From the IMG/VR virus record IMGVR_UViG_3300021960_000043, positions 31,232-95,231 of that record: a stretch of 64,000 bases of DNA, one strand, 5' to 3'. The notes beneath the pieces are model-generated. The model had not been told where the DNA came from, ran no database searches, and saw nothing but the letters and a program-made list of their open reading frames with translations. This DNA is from a virus. A program made the translations under genes and the position numbers. Shown one piece after another: positions 59,003 through 64,000 of this stretch (the first letter of the stretch is position 1; each line of letters starts with the position of its first letter).

Positions 59003-59166
59003 TCAATCAACTCCTTTTCATTCCTCAACCTGACTGTTTCATAGATAGCAACTTCTGCCTTTATTGCATCGAAGGCCGCTACTAAATCACCGATATTTGA
59101 GGCTTCCTTTTTGTCAAATCTCTTGATGATATTTCTAATTCTTCGCATTCTATAATCCACACTCAT
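58999..59166 (-). CDS. 55-aa micro-protein (MSVDYRMRRI...)
   Basis: Hand-translated; ATGA overlaps. Confidence 0.65.
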   Translation of the reverse strand: MSVDYRMRRIRNIIKRFDKKEASNIGDLVAAFDAIKAEVAIYETVRLRNEKELIE

Positions 59167-59486
59167 TCTTCTTCACCCCATTCATCTGCACTAATCCACG
59201 GTAGCCTTACACCTTCCCATTCCATGTATGCAACTTCTTTTTCCCATACATAACCCGCTAATTCTTCATCACCAAGAATCCAATCTAACCTTTCTTGTAG
59301 TCGCTTGACTTCTGCTAGGAGAAGTGGTGCGTCTGCTAACAACGCAACATCTTGTCGCATAACATTCATCGCAACTTCACCTTCACTTGACATAACAGTA
59401 TCAGTTTCACCATATTCTTCCATATTACCGAGTTCAATTGTCCACGGCGCAGGTGTATGTCCTTCGTATTTGTCTGTATCAATCAT
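59163..59486 (-). CDS. Phage-type small protein (MIDTDKYEGHTPAPW...LLADAPLLLAEVKRL)
   Basis: HTPxPW...D..L.A.AP.LL.EV.RL pattern typical of phage early proteins. Confidence 0.7.
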   Translation of the reverse strand: MIDTDKYEGHTPAPWTIELGNMEEYGETDTVMSSEGEVAMNVMRQDVALLADAPLLLAEVKRLQERLDWILGDEELAGYVWEKEVAYMEWEGVRLPWISADEWGEEE

Positions 59487-59703
59487 TCAATCACCTCTAC
59501 ATCATCTCCATATACATGATATCTAAAAGCCGAGTTTAATTCCTCATCATAAAGTTGGTGTAACCATTCCTTAGTAAGTCTTAGTTCTTCACGCAACCGC
59601 TTGACTTCATTTGTCTTTTGGAAAGCAAGTTGTTCCCAATGGTTGATTATCTCAATCAAATCATGTTGGGTCATTGTTTCGTATTTGTCTGTATCAATCA
59701 TTC
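59463..59703. repeat. 26-bp direct repeat TTCGTATTTGTCTGTATCAATCATTC (59463-59488, 59678-59703)
   Basis: Read directly; encodes the shared MIDTDKYE start. Confidence 0.92.
59483..59701 (-). CDS. Paralogous small protein (MIDTDKYE...EVKRL)
   Basis: Shares the N-terminus and EVKRL with its neighbour. Confidence 0.7.
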   Translation of the reverse strand: MIDTDKYETMTQHDLIEIINHWEQLAFQKTNEVKRLREELRLTKEWLHQLYDEELNSAFRYHVYGDDVEVIE

Positions 59704-59874
59704 TTCTTCCTCCGCAAAAATGCCTGTTGCTTTCTCATAAGCAGTATAGATGTCGTTGTCAGGATATAGATGTCGATGTGTCTCTTCTAACCATTCAATG
59801 TAAGTATGGTTATCGTCATCCTGTTGCTGAATCCTTTCAAGCATCGTTCTAGCCTGTTGTATAATAGTAGGCAT
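59698..59874 (-). CDS. 58-aa micro-protein (MPTIIQQARTM...)
   Basis: Hand-translated; coupled at both ends. Confidence 0.6.
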   Translation of the reverse strand: MPTIIQQARTMLERIQQQDDDNHTYIEWLEETHRHLYPDNDIYTAYEKATGIFAEEEE

Positions 59875-60306
59875 TTATTCTTCATCCCCCATAGGTGTAA
59901 TAGGTAGACCTTGTTGTTCAACTAACATATCAACACTTCTTAGATACTTCACTAAATCAATAATGTCTTTCTTACTCATAGCAACTGAACACACCATACC
60001 TTGTGGATGGTTATGTTCAGAACCATGTATCAACAACTGCACACTAGGCTGTCCACCAATAGTATGTTCAGGATAAACTAAGGCTGACATACCCACATAG
60101 TTCTTACCTGTATTCGCTGCTGATTCAAACTCAGGGTCTTGTGAACGTAAGTATTGACTCACTTTATCTTCACAAGGTATTCTATCAGTATACCCGTACT
60201 TCCTATTACTTAACTCAGATTGAGTATCACACAAAACTTGTATGTGCATCATACCACTATCGTAGTTACATTTCACTTGCATTCTATTCATTTTATCATC
60301 TTCCAT
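59875..60306 (-). CDS. Hypothetical protein
   Basis: ORF track. Confidence 0.65.
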   Translation of the reverse strand: MEDDKMNRMQVKCNYDSGMMHIQVLCDTQSELSNRKYGYTDRIPCEDKVSQYLRSQDPEFESAANTGKNYVGMSALVYPEHTIGGQPSVQLLIHGSEHNHPQGMVCSVAMSKKDIIDLVKYLRSVDMLVEQQGLPITPMGDEE

Positions 60307-61502
60307 TCTTTTTCACTTCCTTTTTTTTTACCACTGTCTTTAAGGTACGGGCCTATCATTTCCCGTTGTTCCTTAAAGTAATCCGTATCACTAAGTGGTT
60401 TCATAGTGATACTTCCACCTTCTTCTATTACCTCTATGAAAGCGGCTGACTTCCCTAGAATCTTTTGTTTCTCATAATCTAATTTGATTCCCAAATCTTT
60501 TGCTATACAATACTTACATTCATTATGATGCATTTCTAATATCGTGTATTCTTCTCCACATGAAACACACAAACCTTCTTTCTTGTAATCATTGATGTCA
60601 TGTACAGGTGATAACATACCAAATATTTCTTCTAATGACTCAACATTATCATGGTACATCTTATTTTCAAACCATATGAATCTATTATATTCATCGTGTG
60701 CTTCTAACATATCACACAAGACATAACCTCTTTGAACGAAATCATCTTTTGGTTTACTCTGACTAACATAATCTCCTAAGTTAGATTGCTTACCACGTTT
60801 CTTAAACTCCACACCATCAATAGCCTTTCTCTCCCTCTTTCGACTCTTACCTTTCTTACCTTTCTTACCTTTCTTCTTATCTGTTTCAGCCAACTCATCG
60901 TAGATACTTTGCATAGAAACATCATCCCACGTAATTTTGTTGTTACTTTGAATAAACAAAGTATCTCCAACAGGTATGTCAATCATGTCTGCAATATATT
61001 GTTGTTGAGCAAAGTTCTCTACTGCATGTGTGCAATAACTATCTCTGATGTAATTAACCAACTCCGCTACATCCTTCCAAGTTTGGTCTTTTGTAGGTAT
61101 CATCAGGTGAGCAAGGATAGCCAACTGCACACCTGTTCTACCATGTCCGCCCATACATGATGTAGAGACAGTCTTTACATTCTTAGTTTTGAAATCATCA
61201 ACCAACGCTATCCAAAAGTCCTTACCTAAATTAGCAGGTATACTGAAATCAGGCCAATCGATACCTATGATGTGTGGTATTTTTCCTGTGTCAATCTTAT
61301 CAGTACAAGACCAACCATCAGGCAACACATCTCTCTTTATCTTCATAGGCATAACATCAACAGGCCCAATTGCTACATCAGGATAAGGGTTCATTCTTGT
61401 CCATGCACCTTGCCTAGATGTACCGCCAGCATACACTTTGATACCTTCTGCTTCAAACACAAGTGGGTTTCCTGTATGACAATTCATCTTACTAACCATC
61501 AT
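60288..61502 (-). CDS. Cys-based (PTP/dual-specificity) phosphatase with C-terminal extension
   Basis: WPDF acid loop, CMGGHGRTG (CX5R), AVE...Q..Y. Confidence 0.88.
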   Translation of the reverse strand: MMVSKMNCHTGNPLVFEAEGIKVYAGGTSRQGAWTRMNPYPDVAIGPVDVMPMKIKRDVLPDGWSCTDKIDTGKIPHIIGIDWPDFSIPANLGKDFWIALVDDFKTKNVKTVSTSCMGGHGRTGVQLAILAHLMIPTKDQTWKDVAELVNYIRDSYCTHAVENFAQQQYIADMIDIPVGDTLFIQSNNKITWDDVSMQSIYDELAETDKKKGKKGKKGKSRKRERKAIDGVEFKKRGKQSNLGDYVSQSKPKDDFVQRGYVLCDMLEAHDEYNRFIWFENKMYHDNVESLEEIFGMLSPVHDINDYKKEGLCVSCGEEYTILEMHHNECKYCIAKDLGIKLDYEKQKILGKSAAFIEVIEEGGSITMKPLSDTDYFKEQREMIGPYLKDSGKKKGSEKEWKMIK

Positions 61503-63880
61503 TCATCACCATCCTTGTTCAACTCATTAAAGTCTACCATCCATTCAGTATCTTTTCCTTTCACCGCTTGTATCTTCAACATCTTTTTCATCATAGCCAC
61601 CAACACATCAAACATTGGGTCGTTCTTTTCTATACCATTCCAAGCATTAACAAACATCTGAGCATCAACCTCATCGTACTTTTTATTCTGTATCAAACCA
61701 CACACATGATATGTCAACTGAGAAGATTTACCCTCAGGTAGTGGTAAGAATACAGATGGTGATACAGGATTAAAGAACATACTTGTGTAATCGAAACCAC
61801 CAATTGCATTAGCCAAGATAACTATATCCAACTCTTTACATATTGCACAATCTTCAGAACCACAAGGTATGAACGCAGGTGTTTTACCATTAGAATACTT
61901 ACTAGGTATGTGTCTAGCATCTTGTGGTAGTTTCTTCACCACATCTCTCAGATACTCAGGCACATCAAACGAACTACCCATGAAGTTGTTTCTCCAATAG
62001 GCAGGGTTCTTTCCCTTCAAGAAACCAAACAACTCTCCCCAATCACATGATGTGTCTTTCAATCCTTCATTGTCCTCGGTGAACATCTTTTCTGCTAGTT
62101 CCCATGTTCTCATCATAGAAGCCAATGCCCTCTTATCATGTGGGAAAGCACCTGTTCCATAGTCCAATGCTGTATGATGTAGGAACTTGTTGAACAAACT
62201 ACCATTGTTGTGTTGCCATGTTTCACAGGAATTAACCGCTAATGATACTGCCTTAAGATTCTCTTCACTCATATCATTCACAAAAGTATCTATGATACCT
62301 GCTACTTCAGCAGCCTTCAAAGCACACTCTTGCCAATTCTTTCCACCAAAACCATTCTTCCATTTTATGTTATCATTATTGAAATATTTAGCACACCATT
62401 CAAGTGCGGCCTTCATATCAGAATATGATGGATTCTGATTCTCTACACTAGCAAAGTAATGTTGCCTGTTCTTCAAACTGAATCCTTCAAAGTGGTCGCC
62501 ACACAACAGATGTAATACAGTGGGAACTTCGATGTAACCATTTTGTGCGATGGTAGGATTGATGTAAATATGCCTCATCTCTCCAAGACATACTGATAAG
62601 GCTGCTTTCACAACCCAACCTGCAAACGCACCTGCTAACACAGCACATTTAGTGCCGTTCCAATTCTGACCTTTCCATTGATGGAAGAAATGAGAGAACC
62701 AACCATGTTGTCTTTGATACCTAGTTTGAGATAAGGTTAGCCCAACATAGAATGCTTGTTGCATGTCACTATGGTAAGGGTTGTATGGTTGAGGGATGAT
62801 ATGTATTGCTGTATTAGCAACCCAACCTGCTGAACCTTCAATCCATGTCTCTCCAATCTCAGGACTCCCTACGATGTAAGGTATGCCATGTCCTCTTGCA
62901 TGAGCGCATATGTGAGATAACATAGAGCCTTCAGGGTGTGATATAACAAACCCCTCAGGGCATAGTTCTCTTGTGATGTTCTCTTCTAACCATGCTACTT
63001 CTTCCAATCCTTCAGCCACCCACACTTGATTAACCTCAACCTTTCCTTGTGGTATCATACCATTGATGACTGATAATACTTCATTACCCTCCACATCTAA
63101 ATATGTAAATGGTGGCATCAAAGGTGCATGTTCAGGCGCACCTCTCACTTGTGTTAGATAGATGTTTGAGTGCATGTAAGCCTCAGTCCATGTCAGCCAT
63201 TTCTCACCTCTATCAAACACAAACTCTAACTCGTAGTTATCCTTTTGCACTTGACCCAAACCTTCAAAGTATTCTGCCACATTAGCATCTTCATTTCTAG
63301 GCTTCAAAGCAAAATATAGTTGTCTACCATGTGAAGCAGTAACCCCATCATGCCCTTCACCAACAACAGCATACTGATTAGGTGCAAGCACCATACTTGA
63401 TGTAGCATCAATGAAAGGTTGTAGTAACATACATCCATTAGGGTCTTGCTCTTTCATTATTGTAGCAAGCCTTCTCCATTCACCCATGTATGTTTCTCTA
63501 GTTACTTTGATAGATTCAATCACACCATGTCTAGCAACTTCAGGACAAGCACGTATGAAAGCATACTCATTAACTAACTCATCTTCTATGTAAGTAAGTG
63601 CTGCTGCTGCAAGAGCATCGTCATCTTCCAACAACAATAACTCAATTGGTAAACTAGGATAAACACTACTCTTCTGTCTATCCTTAATCAAACTAGCCGC
63701 TTTCTGCGACATCACCTTAGCCAATCTATCAGGCGTTAGAGTGCCGTAATCGCTTTTGTTAGTCTTGATGGCTTCCACCACTTCTGCACTTTCATTAGCG
63801 ACATCATCCCATAACCCTTGCATTATATCATTCAACATATCATTCATCATATCATTTACATTTTCTTCTTCGTCTTGCAT
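61499..63880 (-). CDS. PEP-synthase/PPDK-type ATP-grasp plus phospho-His swivel domain plus unknown C-terminal domain
   Basis: FIRAC...HG..ES, LQPFI, GEGHDGVT, ELEF...YLTQVR; then EGSMLSHICAHARGHGIPYIVG; start at 63880 follows the upstream stop and AGGAG. Confidence 0.8.
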   Translation of the reverse strand: MQDEEENVNDMMNDMLNDIMQGLWDDVANESAEVVEAIKTNKSDYGTLTPDRLAKVMSQKAASLIKDRQKSSVYPSLPIELLLLEDDDALAAAALTYIEDELVNEYAFIRACPEVARHGVIESIKVTRETYMGEWRRLATIMKEQDPNGCMLLQPFIDATSSMVLAPNQYAVVGEGHDGVTASHGRQLYFALKPRNEDANVAEYFEGLGQVQKDNYELEFVFDRGEKWLTWTEAYMHSNIYLTQVRGAPEHAPLMPPFTYLDVEGNEVLSVINGMIPQGKVEVNQVWVAEGLEEVAWLEENITRELCPEGFVISHPEGSMLSHICAHARGHGIPYIVGSPEIGETWIEGSAGWVANTAIHIIPQPYNPYHSDMQQAFYVGLTLSQTRYQRQHGWFSHFFHQWKGQNWNGTKCAVLAGAFAGWVVKAALSVCLGEMRHIYINPTIAQNGYIEVPTVLHLLCGDHFEGFSLKNRQHYFASVENQNPSYSDMKAALEWCAKYFNNDNIKWKNGFGGKNWQECALKAAEVAGIIDTFVNDMSEENLKAVSLAVNSCETWQHNNGSLFNKFLHHTALDYGTGAFPHDKRALASMMRTWELAEKMFTEDNEGLKDTSCDWGELFGFLKGKNPAYWRNNFMGSSFDVPEYLRDVVKKLPQDARHIPSKYSNGKTPAFIPCGSEDCAICKELDIVILANAIGGFDYTSMFFNPVSPSVFLPLPEGKSSQLTYHVCGLIQNKKYDEVDAQMFVNAWNGIEKNDPMFDVLVAMMKKMLKIQAVKGKDTEWMVDFNELNKDGDE

Positions 63881-63881
63881 T

Positions 63882-64000
63882 TTATTCATCTCCTTGTAAC
63901 ATTTCATAGTCATCTCCTAACACCCATACACTAGGCCCACCAATTTCTAGGTCGAGTTCATCAAAGTGATGTGGTGGAATATCTACTTCATCTAGACCCA
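63882..64000 (-). CDS. 3' end of an upstream gene (partial; ...GLDEVDIPPHHFDELDLEIGGPSVWVLGDDYEMLQGDE*)
   Basis: Open frame to TAA at 63882-63884. Confidence 0.6.
   Translation of the reverse strand, partial: GLDEVDIPPHHFDELDLEIGGPSVWVLGDDYEMLQGDE

Noticed and set aside
54850-59713. Junction repeats as a CRISPR array or attC sites
   Set aside because: Spacing is gene-sized and irregular, the repeats differ between pairs and are not palindromic, and no cas1 or integrase is present
61499-63913. Annotation as an ordinary PEP synthase/PPDK metabolic gene, and the start at 63913
   Set aside because: No pyruvate-binding barrel motifs; an upstream gene ends at 63882, which favours ATG 63880

Overview
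The window is a gene-dense, AT-rich segment of a tailed dsDNA virus (Caudoviricetes) of archaea. It is most probably a 'magrovirus' of Marine Group II Poseidoniales; this is inferred from gene content, GGTGA-type ribosome-binding sites and TATA promoters, with no database search run. The + strand (1-35378) is a morphogenesis operon for a non-contractile tail: head-tail adaptor, terminator, tail tube, tail-assembly chaperone with a -1 frameshift site, an unusually short tape-measure-like protein, Dit-like protein, a ~5,470-aa giant virion protein, hub, three fibres and fibre chaperones. The - strand (35375-64000) carries a group II chaperonin and an archaeal-type replisome (DEDD exonuclease, MCM-like ATPase, XPF/ERCC4 nuclease, PriS-PriL fusion primase, Cas4-like nuclease, PolB, PCNA-like clamp, Sak4/RecA-like ATPase, RPA-like SSB, RFC, degenerate ligase), followed by a variable region of small translationally coupled genes. 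The most unusual signals are: (1) a pyruvate-dikinase/PEP-synthase-type ATP-grasp plus phospho-His swivel enzyme with an unrecognised C-terminal domain, coupled to a CX5R phosphatase; (2) a lone + strand kinase-fold gene; (3) small genes bounded exactly by 16-26 bp direct repeats made of the RBS/stop/start junction; (4) a mini-TFB and a TFS-like Zn ribbon; (5) a probable ATA start for the giant gene; and (6) a possible plug-and-socket chain of tail fibres. Capsid, portal and terminase genes, tRNAs and CRISPR arrays were not seen in this window.
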